Counted from the first letter of the stretch, positions 14,205 through 28,627 are shown. The stretch: 64,000 nt of DNA from Octopus bimaculoides (GCF_001194135.2 NC_068984.1:21785771-21849770), one strand, 5' to 3'. Translations and numbers: made by a program. The notes: generated by a model from the sequence alone, not told the origin.

Positions 14205-15879
14205 TGGGAGAAAGAGAGAGATCTAGCAATTTGTTGCCTACCATTAAGTTTGGCATTAATACAGCATGTTCTGTATGAAGAAACCAAATTACACAGCAAA
14301 ACCAAATCAAGTACAAACCAGAAAATCACCAATCACAGGAAAATTCTTTACATGCATATATGACAACATAAATTCTATACAGGCGAATTACTTTAGAGCA
14401 GTGGTTGAAAAGTTCAACAACCAAAAGAAAAAATAGAACTATTTTTTTAAATCAGCCTTTATCTATTTTGTTTACTTACTATCAGTATGCGCCGTGGTGG
14501 TTTTGATTAACAGAATATGAAAATAAACTTCTTTTCTATCATGTATTCAAATCCCAAGCAGTAATACTCTTCTTGTAATATAGGTAATTTTAAGAAATAG
14601 TCATTACTGTGCAATGTCGATGTAGGAATTCATTCGCATTTGTTTTGACGTAGAATAAGTGTTTGGTGTTTGACTGCAGTGGGGTAATACCAGCTGCTTT
14701 CCATGTACTGCCGATGAAAGAGTCAGATGAGGCTCGGGCCAATATATGGGCAGTCTGGTGTTTAAAACTGAGAACACATCAACGAGTTAGACAAATCTCT
14801 TTCCTACACTCAGGCCCGTAGTCTGGAGTCACAGAAACATAGATATAAATCAAACCATTTTGAAACTTATAGTGACAATGGATTAACCAGGTTATAAAAA
14901 AAATACATAAACTTTAACCAGGGATATTGAATGCTTTTAACGTCTTAACATTTGTATCCGCAACTTTCTGGCTCTATTTAGATACTGTTTACGTTATAAA
15001 GTTATGATTCATTAAACTGTATCTACAAGGAACTGGGGGAGAAACTTGGCAAGCTTCTAGCCTTATATCAACCTAAAGATATGATAGAACATTCAGTGGA
15101 TTTGGATGGAACCCGCGACCACATCGTTGAGAACAAAATAATCAACCACAAAGCCATGCACCGAGACAGAACTAGATAACTTAAGCAATAGAGAAGTAGA
15201 TTTCATTTTAGATGGATATTCCCATAGGAATTAGTCTTATGAAATGCTTAAATGTTAAATATTTCCTGGGTGTTGAATTTCACTCGGGTGAAGAATTTAC
15301 ACGCCTGATTAATTTTACTGAAATCTTTAATTTTGCTTGGGTGTTGAATTATATTATGAGTATTTAATTTCAGTTTAGGTGTTGAATTAGACAGGGTCGT
15401 TGAATATTTCTAGTATGTCGGAGTTTTATTTGACTGACTTTCATTTTCAGAATAGTTTTATAAATTGCCGTCACAGAGTAGTAACATTAAAAACAGCTGT
15501 AAACTTCACAGCTGCAATAAATAAATAATTGTTAAAGCAAATATATAAATCGTTTTTAATCATGTAACTCGAAGTAGATAAAACTATAATTAAAGCGTGT
15601 AAGTACTGGGTTTAAAAAAGAATTCCTTTTGAGAGTTAAAAACGAAGGCTACTAGTAGGACCCAAAACCACATCTGTAAGCATACGAGATGTTCAACAAT
15701 TAGACGAAAACAATATTTTGGAATTCTTTTTCCATTTAAGAAGTTTTGTTCTTAACAGTGAGAATTGTGTGTACTTTACGTCATTAGCATTCAGAAACAT
15801 TGAAAGACGTGAGACATTTCATTTTTAACAGTTGAACACCAAATAGGTAATGCTATAAACAATAGCATGTAAATATTCT

Positions 15880-16080
15880 TTTCTACTCTAGGCACAAAGT
15901 CCGAAATTTTTGCCGGAGGGGGCCAGTCGATTATATCGACCCCAGAATGCAGCTAGTACTTAATTTAGCGACTCCAAAAGGATGAAAGGCAAAATCAACC
16001 TCGGTGGAATTTGAACTTTGAACATAAAGAGAGACGAAATATCGCTAAGAATTTCGCCCGGCGTGCAGTTCGCCACCTTA
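15880..16080 (-). mobile_element. SINE family 3 copy about 70 nt downstream of the exon 16153 donor
   Basis: Family motifs; near-TSD aatagcatgtaa / aataacatgtaa. Confidence 0.75.
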
Positions 16081-16152
16081 ATAACATGTAAGTACTAGAT
16101 TAAAAACTCTCTTTTGAAAGAAGTTGAATAATTAAACAGAAATGGAACTTAC

Positions 16153-16347
16153 CGTTGCAAGCATACAGCGAACCTCTTTGATTGCCCCGCAACATCCGAG
16201 GAATGACAGTATGATGACAATGCTGCCCAGGGTTATAAGCATGAAAGCAACAGGCAAAAACAAGTTGCTGCCTAAAGATGTGATGCAGGCTGGCGTGTCA
16301 TTGGCGCGTGTGTAGATACCAATGCCCAGTAATACACAACCACATAT
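16153..16347 (-). CDS. Tetraspanin, second coding exon (65 aa: end of TM1, small extracellular loop, TM2, GCCGA motif, ExRCML)
   Basis: Acceptor ttttctttatcag|ATA and donor ACG|GTAAGT; 195 nt, phase 0-0. Translation ICGCVLLGIGIY...FLGCCGAIKEVRCMLAT carries the tetraspanin FLGCCGA..E.xC(L/M)L signature. Confidence 0.95.
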
Positions 16348-16882
16348 CTGATAAAGAAAAATTAGATTTAGTTGTGATATATGAATGCAGTCAAATAGGA
16401 TATTATGTATAAGAAAACAAATCAAAGTAAACATTAACAGGTCTAGTTTGTTGTGAATCTGACATCAACACGCATACATATGTATAAATGACATTTACAA
16501 ACTTTCACACGCATAAACATACGTGTGTGTGTGTGTGTGTTTGTATGAGAGAGAGATACACACAGTGTGTATGCACGTTCTAGTGCATACACTTTTTATC
16601 TGTTTCTTTGTGTCGGAGAACACACACACACATATATATATATCAGCCAATATATATGTAATAAGAGCACCTGGTATTTCCTGGTGGCCACTGAGTGTGA
16701 GGGAGATAATCGTTTCTACATACTTGTCAAGATTAAAAGACTGAAATTTAAAATCGGGCAACAAGGAACAAGAACTTAAAATTTCTAGCTTATATATATA
16801 TATATATATATACTCATATGTGTATACATATATGCTTGCGTGTGTATATATCTATATGTATATATTATATATATGTTAATAC

Positions 16883-16953
<71 letters not shown>

Positions 16954-16955
<2 letters not shown>

Positions 16956-17996
16956 AAGTTGTTAAAACGAAGTCAAATCGAATAGTAATATTTTGAAATC
17001 CTTTAATGCATACCTTTCGGTCGGTCCACGAATTGTATCCATATTAATAATGTTATTATCAGCCCGAATATGCTTGAAGCACGTTCGAACCGGTGAACAA
17101 GCTGCTTACTGCGTTGTCACTGAAAGTACATACCGTTTGTAGACAAATGGGGTGTATACACCTAAATCAGCTACCAGCACCACCTATGCAGACTGTGAAA
17201 TGCAAGGTTTTCAGAGTAATTGTCCCCTCTTCGGTCACAGACACCAGGCAGGCGGCACTACGAGCTGATTGAAGAGTGAATCTCTTATGCGTTTCGAGTT
17301 GCCACATGGCAGCGCTATGCAGCGGCTCACCTTGAGTAAATTACAGAGGGGGAGCGCTAAGCAGTGATAAGTAAAATTGTAATGTTTATTATCAATCCGA
17401 ATATGCTTGAGGTGCGTTCGAACAGGTGTACAAGTTATTAGCGCCCCCCTCTGTAATTTACTTACGGTGGGCCGCTGAATGGCAACTGGAAAAGCATAGG
17501 AGAATCAATCTCTTCAATCAGCTCGTAACGCCTGGTGTCTGTAACTGAGGAGGAGATAACTACTCCGAAAACTTTGCATCTCACAGTCTGGGTAGGCGGC
17601 GCTGCGAGCTTATCTGGGTGTACACACGCCATTTGTCAACAAATGACATATTTTCCGTGACAAAACGCAGCGAATAGCTTGTTCACTGGTTCGGACGTGT
17701 CTCAAGCATGTTCGGATTGATAATAACATTACATTTTTACCTATCACTGCTTAGCGCTCCCCTCTGTAATATCCATATTAATCCTCCTAACTTCGTAGCC
17801 AGAGCCAAATTACACTTCTGACCATATGCGTTGAAATATTTCCCTCAAGTGAATCATATTTTGAAATGTTTCAACTGAGAACAAGCTTACGTAGTGGAGG
17901 TATTTCCAATTATATATTATACGGAGCTAAAATATACGTAGTAAATGGTTTCAAAATATTACTATTTAGTTTTTGACTTAATTATCACAACTTGTA
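16954..17996. mobile_element. TA-ended MITE (about 55-bp imperfect TIRs) interrupted by a 721-bp insertion
   Basis: Left taaagttg..gtcaaatcgaatagtaatattttgaaatc versus right gtttcaaaatattactatttagtttttgac..caacttgta. Confidence 0.7.
17049..17769. repeat. Insertion made of a 332-bp-unit repeat in forward (17049-17437) and inverted (17438-17769) orientation, flanked by a 13-bp direct repeat
   Basis: tatccatattaat at 17036-17048 and 17770-17782; the unit start recurs at 17049 and 17381; the inverted arm aligns by eye along the whole unit. Confidence 0.85.
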
Positions 17997-18124
17997 CAAC
18001 CCCATGCTAGTCCAAGGCAGTTGGCCCAGAATCCACTTAACCAGATACTCTATAAGGGATTTTGAATCATTTGCCATATTATATTTGAATCGAGTCGAAA
18101 ATTCTGGCACCGTGTACCACTTCT

Positions 18125-18300
18125 TAGCGTAACACGAAACATTATATATAGGGAGAATTCACAGAAAAAACAGAAGACGAAGACAGGTGGTGTACAAAAC
18201 AACCAGATATATTAGTATAACGCTCGGGAAGTGAAAAAGTCTTTAACGTTTCGAGCCTACGCTCTTCCACAGAAAGGAACACGGAAAGAAAAAAAATAAT
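18125..18300 (-). mobile_element. Penelope-like pLTR fragment
   Basis: Carries a hammerhead-like motif; adjoins an AT microsatellite block. Confidence 0.5.
18241..18276 (-). ncRNA. Minimal type I hammerhead-like motif, core variant CUGUGGA
   Basis: Minus strand CTTT-CTGTGGA-A-GAGC-GTAG-GCTC-GAAA-CG-TT-AAAG; perfect stems I and II, ACGU stem III, only A6 changed to U. Confidence 0.6.
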
Positions 18301-18334
18301 GTGTAGTGGCTAGTGATCTATCATGGCGAATATA

Positions 18335-18365
18335 TATATGTATATACACACACATACGTATATTT

Positions 18366-18418
<53 letters not shown>

Positions 18419-18600
18419 ATTATATATACACATCCGTATATTATATATATATATGTATATATACACACATCCGTATATTATATATATATATGTATATATA
18501 CACACATCCGTATAGATATATACATACGTATATATACACACATCCGTATAGATATATACATACGTATATATATATGTATGTAAATATATACATATACATT

Positions 18601-18682
<82 letters not shown>

Positions 18683-18795
18683 TTTATATATGTGTATAAA
18701 TAACCATATATGTATATATATGTGTGCATATATTTATATGTACACATTATTTTATGTATAAATTTATGTATATATATATATATATATATATTACA
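18335..18795. repeat. (TA)n-derived block with four copies of a ~35-bp unit containing catccgtata
   Basis: Direct reading. Confidence 0.85.
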
Positions 18796-20330
18796 TTATT
18801 TGTTGGTAGTGTAAAAAAAATCACAACACACGCAAGCCTTCCCTAGCACCCCCCCCCCACACACACCCACACACACGCACACGTTTATACGTAGACATAA
18901 ATAAGTATACATACATACACAGATATACAGTCATATATGTGTATGTCTTTGTATGTTTATATATTATTATTTAAGACATTCATATATCTCTCGATGTGTA
19001 TTTAGAAGCCCCGATACCCTACATTCCTAGGAATAAATGCATGGATGCTGTAAAGTTCTAAGATTGGTGTATGAGAATTAAATATAGATTAGATTAAGCG
19101 ATCAAAGGAATTTCTCGTTAAGACGGCAATCATAACCACTTCATACGGCATCTTCATATCAACTCATCAAATTAAATTGGAAGCCTCAGAATAAAGAAAA
19201 TTAAATAAAAGGAATTCACGTCATTTTAGAAATAATTTCTTTTGTTGGTAGACCTTCTTTAAAAAAAAAGAGAAGAAAATATTTTCTTTAGCTTTTCCCC
19301 TGTGTAGTCACGTTACGATGTTAGAAGTAACTTTGGTAGGGCAATCGTAGGAGTGTCGTGATAGCTGTGCTGGAGTGGAATTAGTGTTCAGGCTAGCCTG
19401 ATTGAATAGATTTACGATCAAATGATTTCCAACTATGAGATAGCTAACATCAATAAGAACACATCTATCGCTCCATCTAATTTTAAATACCTCATGATTT
19501 CGTTTTAAGGATTGGTGTATCTAGGCGTACATTGATGAGAACGACTTTCTGCTTTCTTTTTTTTTTTTTTCGTCTTTTTAAAGGTGGCTTTGTATGACTC
19601 GAAGATTTGGTTGCTATTTCTTGTAGGTTGAGCGAATGGGTAGAGGATTTCTGGTTGGCTGATGTAGTTACTGCTGCTGTTGTTGTTTAACCCTAGGTCA
19701 ATCACGGTTGAATAGACTTCTGATCAAAGACATTCCACCTAACACAGTTCCGTGTTTTTAGTGGAAATAAGCAATACATTATCTTATGTGTCCTTCCCTT
19801 TTCTCAAATGCTATAGTATGATTTAAGGGACATTTGGATCTATGTCAAGTAGGTGAAGCGACCATATAAACCTTTTGTAAGTTGTTACTTTTGTAATTGT
19901 TTTGTTACAAGCCAACCCCGGTTAAACAGACTAATGTTCATATGTATTCCTGCCATGACTTCCTAGACTTTTTTTTTGGGGGGGGGTATCTTGAACTATT
20001 TATGAAAAAATGTTCGCTTTAAAAAAATTGTGATTGAGAGATATTTGGCTTGTATCTCAACAGGTTGAGATAGCAACGACAGGCTCCCTATTTGTCATTA
20101 GTTTCTACGGTTGCTATATCAACATTAATATCACTATAAGGCAAAGGTGAATGTTTAGGTAGTAGTGGCAGCAGCAGTTGTCATTCTTGTGATGGTAGTA
20201 ACCATAACAACCCAGTAGTGGTATTGCTACTTGTTGTGGGACTGATCCTGGAGCCATGTGGTTGGGAAGTCAGCTTCTTACCACACAGCCACACCTGCGC
20301 CTGTATGTATACATGTATATATTTATGCAT

Positions 20331-20728
20331 GGAGGCGCAATGGCCCAGTGGTTAGGGCAGCGGATTCGCGGTCATAGGATCGCGGTTTCGATTCCAAGAC
20401 CGGGCGTTGTGAGTGTTTATTGAGCGAAAACACCTAAAGCTCCACGAGGCTCTGGCAGGGGATGGTGGTGAACCCTGCTATACTCTTTCACCACAACTTT
20501 CTCTCACTCTTACTTCCTGTTTCTGTTGTACCTGCAATTGAAAGGGTCAGCCTTGTCACACTCTGTCACGCTGAATATCCCCGAGAACTACGTTAATGGT
20601 ACACGTGTCTGTGGAGTGCTCAGTCACTTGCATGTTAATTTCACGAGTAGGCTGTTCAGTTGATCGGATCAACTGGAACCCTCGACGTCGTAAGCGACGG
20701 AGTGCCAACAACAACAACAACAACAACA
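20331..20728 (+). mobile_element. tRNA-derived SINE (family 1), full length, (AAC)n tail
   Basis: A box TGGCCCAGTGG, B-box-like GGTTTCGATTCC; 14-bp TSD atatatttatgcat (20317-20330 / 20729-20742). Confidence 0.9.
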
Positions 20729-21412
20729 ATATATTTATGCATACATAAATACATTTACACACACACACACACATATGTGTGGGATTTTTTTTGCCATACT
20801 TCGTTTGGCAATGTGCTTCCTCACGTCATCCTTTTGGGTTCCATATATAATGAACGAGTGCAATACAGATGCAGCCCTCACTCCTTCAAAGTGTCATATC
20901 CCAGACGTTTCTATAAATGAAGTGGGAAGGACGCAGAAAAGAATATGTGCCTGCTCACAATTACATGGACACCTAAAATAATTAGCAAAAGCATGGTAGT
21001 GCTATCAAGTCATACTCGTTTGCGAGAAACGGATGTAGATTTACATACACACACACACACATATACTTATGCGTATCTCATACAGTTGATGCATGTATGC
21101 AAAAAAATATGCTGTGCTGAACAGAACGCAAGCTAGAACATATTTCATAGTCATATTCATGTATAAACAAATTATTAGTCTCAGTTGTTTTATTTCAACC
21201 GTACTGTTGCATGTTTACTAATATTAAACACATTTAACAGATGGAAATTGTGTAAAACTAACTTTTAGCGCATTCCAGACATAGGCGAACTAGTCCAGGA
21301 ACGCATTGATGCTGACTCGTACGTACACACACACATACACACACACACCACACAAATACATACATACACACATATGCACACACACACACACAAACAAATA
21401 TATAACGCCCAT

Positions 21413-21444
<32 letters not shown>

Positions 21445-21839
21445 NNNNNNNNNNNNNNNNNNNNNNNNNNNNNNNNNNNNNNNNNNNNNNNNNNNNNNNN
21501 NNNNNNNNNNNNNNNNNNNNNNNNNNNNNNNNNNNNNNNNNNNNNNNNNNNNNNNNNNNNNNNNNNNNNNNNNNNNNNNNNNNNNNNNNNNNNNNNNNNN
21601 NNNNNNNNNNNNNNNNNNNNNNNNNNNNNNNNNNNNNNNNNNNNNNNNNNNNNNNNNNNNNNNNNNNNNNNNNNNNNNNNNNNNNNNNNNNNNNNNNNNN
21701 NNNNNNNNNNNNNNNNNNNNNNNNNNNNNNNNNNNNNNNNNNNNNNNNNNNNNNNNNNNNNNNNNNNNNNNNNNNNNNNNNNNNNNNNNNNNNNNNNNNN
21801 NNNNNNNAATAATAATAATAATAATAATAATAACAACAA

Positions 21840-21990
21840 CAACAACATCGAAAAATACCCTAGGAATGAGAACCCTAGTTCGAAATTTCCCCAAGACACC
21901 TGATGAAGGCCGGAGGGTATATCAGCCGAAACGTTGTGTTAACAACAAACAAGATGAGGACAAATATCCGTCAAATGTAAATAATTTGTC
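21840..21990 (+). mobile_element. Penelope-like pLTR fragment
   Basis: Carries the minimal hammerhead; follows an (AAT)n(AAC)n run and a gap. Family assignment rests on the hammerhead architecture. Confidence 0.55.
21895..21940 (+). ncRNA. Minimal type I hammerhead ribozyme motif with intact core, in a Penelope-like repeat
   Basis: GACAC-CTGATGA-A-GGC(CGGAGGGTATATCA)GCC-GAAA-CG-TT-GTGTT: stem I, core CUGAUGA/GAAA/UH, stem II and palindromic ACGU stem III. Confidence 0.75.
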
Positions 21991-24900
21991 TATTTATTAG
22001 GAAGTCTCATTTAAAATATTTTTTTGTGTTAATCTTGGAATTAAATGGTTTCGATTTACTGTCAAGTGAGTTTTGGCCAACGCTGTATATATATAATATC
22101 ATAAGCCTGTTAAGGTAGAACTAAACGAGAGCAAATATAACAGGAGGAAAGAGAAAACGCTTATAAACAATAAATGAGGAATCAGCAGCTTCTGGGACCA
22201 GGGCAGGACTTCATATTGGAAACTGCATACCACTGACGAACTGTCACGATGTTCTATCCATTTGCTAGAAATAACTGGCAAATTTCCATCTTGTTCCTCA
22301 CTAAGACCATCATGTTGGATAATGTAGTCCCAGATATATCAAGTATGAAATATTTACGAAAATATGATGGGATGGTCATTGCATAATATTTGCGATGATA
22401 ATCCTGATAAATGAGGGCTGGTGTGTGTATAGTTTAACAAATCCAACAACGTGAACATTGACGCTTAAAATTTTGAAAATATAAGGCATTTAGTATGGAG
22501 GTTGTAAGTTTATCGACTTATGTAAAACTGTTCAGAGGTTTGCCTTAACTTCTAGAAAATTCTGTCCACTGGACGGTTCTACTAATGAATTTAATTAAAA
22601 CTGCTGGCTTGTGGTTGTTTAGCGGGCTTATGATGAAAGGTTATACTATTCCGAACATCCTGTAGGTCTTTCAGTGAATATTATTTTTCTTTGCAGACTT
22701 AATCTGTTTCACATACCAACAGCAATACCTAGCTCTTGGGTGACTTTAACAGCAACACTGTTGGATGTTTTTAAAAGTATTTGTAAACGCTGCCGCTCTT
22801 TCTATGACTAAGCTGTTAAAAATATCTGGGTCTACATTAGCGTCCTTCTTCAGATGGTAGGAGGAAGATTTCTCTTGTATTGCCACACTCTCCGGTTGCT
22901 TAATTTTATCTTAAAAATTTAATTAAAGGCACTCACTTTAATTAAAAGCACTCACTTATGGACCCAATATTAATTTGGTGAATGCAGCAGAAATGATTGA
23001 TATTCGAGTGCGTGCATGCACACACATAAGCAAATTCAGAGAAACACACTAATGCGCATGCGCATAACAACACACACATGAAATACATATATACAGAAGC
23101 ATACATATGTACATAGTCAATAGTGTTTAGGGTTTCTTTCGGACATTTTGGATTGATACCGTTACCCATCACTTTGAATAAAATTCATGTTTATGGTTGT
23201 CGCTACAAAGAGTTGTAGTTCTGGGATATCGAATCAAAGAAGAGAGTATATAGCGTGAGTTATCGGGGTTGGGTGGATGAGAGACATGGGCTGACGAGAG
23301 CAGGAGAGGTGATTGAATCATGTGGGACACAGCTTGACAATTCAACAGAGAGAGAGAGATGGAGAGAGAGGAGAGAGGGAGAGAGTTACGGCTGTGTTGT
23401 GCTGCATGCATACAGTTAACTAGAGTGTTGTATCCAGTCCATTCTTTGACGGCCAATCTCTCTCTTCTCTTCAGTAGTTCATGTTAGGATGGTCTTGGGC
23501 AGAGATTGGTGGCACATTGTATGCCTATCATATGATATTTCTGGACTTTATTTTCGACGATAGGTGTCTTTGCACTTTCAGTTTTTCTAGTATTGCAGCG
23601 TCTAAAATGCCGCTTAATTTCTATACTTTTCTCCATAACTCTATGCATTGACCAAGTTTCTAGCCTGTATAACCACTGAAATACAGTTGTAATGCTTTAT
23701 AATCAATATGAAATGTCATAAGAAATTGTGTATTTTTAAAGATGTTAAAGTTGACAGCAGAATCAACTAGTTTCAGCTTACGTCCCCATAATATAATTTC
23801 CTGCATTTACGAACTTATATACAGTAAAAATCTATGTGATTTTAGTACTCAGTACAGACACAGTCAATACAGCGGTGAAATAGAGACCGAAGAACTTTAA
23901 AAGTATATATTTGTTTATTTATGAGGTGTAGGGATGAGATAGTCGAATGACTGAGGTATTGCAATACTGGCTCATCGTACTTGAACCCCGAATTTGATTC
24001 AGTAATTTGAATATATTTCGCAGCACAGCAGTATGTTTAATGTTGTTTCGGTTTACGATATAGCTATCGAGATTAGATACCAGAACACCTTGGAATATTG
24101 AACCGCTATTCCGTACTAGAATCCATCATGCGAAAACATTGTATGCATTGTATGCATTTGAAAATAGAACTCAAGTGGTAAATGACGTATAAAACATTTA
24201 ACGTTTAACTAATTACACACACGCTTACACCTTTGACAGCAGCTACAGCAGATTTCTACAATATATATATATATATACACACATGCATACATATATATAT
24301 ATATATATATGAGTGTGTGTGTGTGTGTGCGTGTGTGTATTTGTGCATATAATTAGTATATACTTATCTATGTATATGCGTGTATATTTATTTGCATATA
24401 AATATCATATATAATTATATGTGCGTATATAATTAAAAGTCTGAATGTGAGTGAGTGAATGAGTGAGTGTGCGTGGGTGCATGTGTGTATGTGTGTGTGT
24501 GTGCGCGTGTACGCGCGTGCGCATTCGTGCATGTGTGTGAGACGGTCGGTATTTAATATATTTGTTTTATTTCAACCGTTGATTTGAATACAGTTTATAG
24601 CCTGCTTCAGGAAAGTTAATAAAGAAAGGAAATAAAATGTGATGAATTCCTTCTCATTGCTATCATAGTTTATATTCATTGGTGATACGTGCAAGAATGA
24701 TATCATGTAATGATATTAACAAGCCACTGCTCATAATATCCGCTTTTCCGAAAAGGAACTTATTGATTTCAAGTTCTCTCTTTAGACGCGTTGGTCTGCA
24801 TATATTGAAGAGGTGATAAATATATAGTTTCATATATATATATATGTATGTACACACATTAAGCATATAATGTATATGCATATATGTAGATAATGAATAT

Positions 24901-25189
24901 GCATGCACGTATATGTAAATGAAGGTGTATATGATATATATATTCATATATGTACGTACACAATATACCGATTCATACATATATATATCTTGCAGATATA
25001 TGTGATTTACGGATATGCATATAATGTATTTAAATGATATATATGTACATGCTATGTATGTCTGTATAAATACATAAGAACATACAAACAGATATAAGCA
25101 GAATTGCACACATGTATTTGGTTATTTTGGGAATAGTCATTCATAGAAGCAACATCTTCAAATATTAGTCGATATTTTAAAGTTTGTGT

Positions 25190-26217
<1,028 letters not shown>

Positions 26218-26992
26218 TGTGTGAGGTGTATACCTATGTGTATATATTGTAGTTATGCTTGTGGCTATGAGCACGTGTGTGATTATTAGCTTTTATGCGC
26301 GTAACAGTTGATTCACTTTCTTAGCAGGATGACGTTAGATAGATAGCTTCCGCGCTGTAGGTTTAATCACCACAGCAAGATGAAATCTCGTTATGGAGTT
26401 GCTGAAATATATCGTTATTCTAAACCTCTACGGTATATCGCTAGTATTTTCACTGTTTATCCCTCTGCTCGCATCCTCTACGGCTATATTGTTGCCGACG
26501 TTTACATTACTTAATCGTTATTCTTAATCTCTATGATATATTGCTAACATTTACATTGTTTAATGTTGTTCTCTACATTAATGTTGTATATATTACCTGA
26601 TGATTACACAGGTTTATCACTATCTTCAGCTTCTATTATGTATTGGTGCAAGTGAATGTTAGCTGTTGATCATCCAGTACATATGATAGATGTTCAATTC
26701 TCGGATGAGACATTTAGTTTCAATTCTTACATATCTCGATCCCAGCCGTGATTAACACGTAGGAAAAGGATGGGGATGGGTATATGCATCACTAGGTTGA
26801 CTTGCCCTTAATAACCTGTATGAACGCAATGTTATTTAGAGTCACCTAATTTTCTTTCGCAGCCATATTGTTTCATAATACGGTGAGCTGGCAGAGCCGT
26901 TAGTACACCGGGCAAAATGCTTAACGGCATTTTGTCCAGTTGTTATTTGGAATCAAGTGCAGTAGCAGTGGATCTTTGCGATAAGAGAATAC

Positions 26993-27027
<35 letters not shown>

Positions 27028-27557
27028 TAAATAGATAGATATATAGATAGATAAATAATTGGTAGTGTCCTTTGAGCGTCGGATTGCAGTAATTGGACAA
27101 ACTTTCTGTAATGACAGTTCCATGCCCACAGAGGCCAGGTTTCTTTTTATTCTTTCGTCGTCGATAATAAAGTACGAGTCAAGTACTTTAGTCGATTCCT
27201 TCCCTTCTCCAAATCTTTCTTTCTGTCTGTCTCTTTCTCTCCTGGAAGAAAACGACTGTGGTTAGACCTAGAGAGGGTTGGGTTCTCTAAGGTACCTGTA
27301 ACTTTGATGTCATGATGGAACTCCATGACTCCAAGAATTTTAGAGATCACGATATGGCATTATATATATAAATTCAATGCATAATTACAAAAGAGCAGTT
27401 TAATGAGTATCCCTTGCCAATTGTGTATTAAATTGATATTTATCGCTCATTGGATGGAGTACATTTTTTGTTGATTCTACCTGTCTGTCTATATATATAT
27501 ATATATATAGTGGCTACCTAGCTCCCAAGCTATGTAAACGGACACGTATGTTTATAT

Positions 27558-27967
27558 ACTCTTTTATTCTTGTACCTGTTTCAGTCAATTGACTGCGGGC
27601 ATGCTGGAGCACTGCCTTTAGTCGAGAAAATCGACCCCAGGACTTATTCTTTGTAAGCCTAGTACTTATCCTATCGATACCTTTGCCGAACCGCTAAGTT
27701 ACGGGGACGTAAACACACCAGCATCGATTGTCAAGCGATGTTGGGTGTGGGCAAACACAGACACACGAACATATACACACATACATATATATATATACAT
27801 GTATGCGACGGACTTCTTTCAATTTCGTCTACCGAATCCACTCAAAGGCTTTGGTCGGCGCGAGGCTATAGTAGAAGACACTTGCCCAAGGTGCCACGCA
27901 GTGAGACTCAATCCGGAACCATGTGGTTGGTAAGCAAGCTACTTACCACACAACCACTCCTGCGCCT
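27558..27967 (-). mobile_element. SINE family 2 (head - internal microsatellite - tail), complete copy
   Basis: Head ggcgcaggagtgg..tggttccgg at 27805-27967, (TA/CA)n, tail ..gactgaaacaggtacaag at 27558-27765. Confidence 0.8.
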
Positions 27968-28228
27968 ATATATATTTTATTAATTATTCATACATTTAAA
28001 AAAATTTATAGATCTGCACCTTTGAACTGTTTATCAGAGCCACCGAAACTGGTGGTTGGAAAGAAGGAAGTAATTTTTAAGACGGACCCCTAATCCGAAT
28101 GTATGCAGATTGTGCTAGTGGTCAGATTGATCAATCAAGTATTTTACCCTGGAGTTCAAACCTTGGCTCTGGACAGCTTCTCTTCCATACAGTTTCACCC
28201 ACCATGCTTTCGTCGATTTGAAACTGTA

Positions 28229-28267
<39 letters not shown>

Positions 28268-28576
28268 GTGAAACGCAGTGGAATTGAACCAAAAGTCATA
28301 TAGTTGTGAAGCAAGCTTCCATACCACATAGTTAAGCCTGCTCCCTGGCATTTATATAGGATGGTGATATATTCATAAGTCTACCAACAATAACACCGCA
28401 TACACAAATACATAAATAATATATAATACATATACTTATATTTTATGCCTATATTTGCTTTAATATTCTTATTTATATGCAGTTACATGCATCATATTCA
28501 TGCATATGTCTTTATATTTTGATACCTATCCATACATATCTATCTCTCTAAATAATAAATAAATAAATAAATATAT

Positions 28577-28627
<51 letters not shown>

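Noticed and set aside
14243-14277. Possible tetraspanin micro-exon (cag|A ACA TGC TGT ATT.. TCCINAKLN)
   Set aside because: Phase 0 gives a stop, and the next exon should be hydrophobic TM3; CC is not followed by G.
17260-17310. CTGATTGA..AGAG/CTCT and cgtttcg words in the 332-bp unit
   Set aside because: Core words are on opposite strands or in the wrong order; no hammerhead can be built.
20331-20410. tRNA gene
   Set aside because: A and B boxes are present, but it is the head of a three-copy SINE with TSDs, not a complete cloverleaf.
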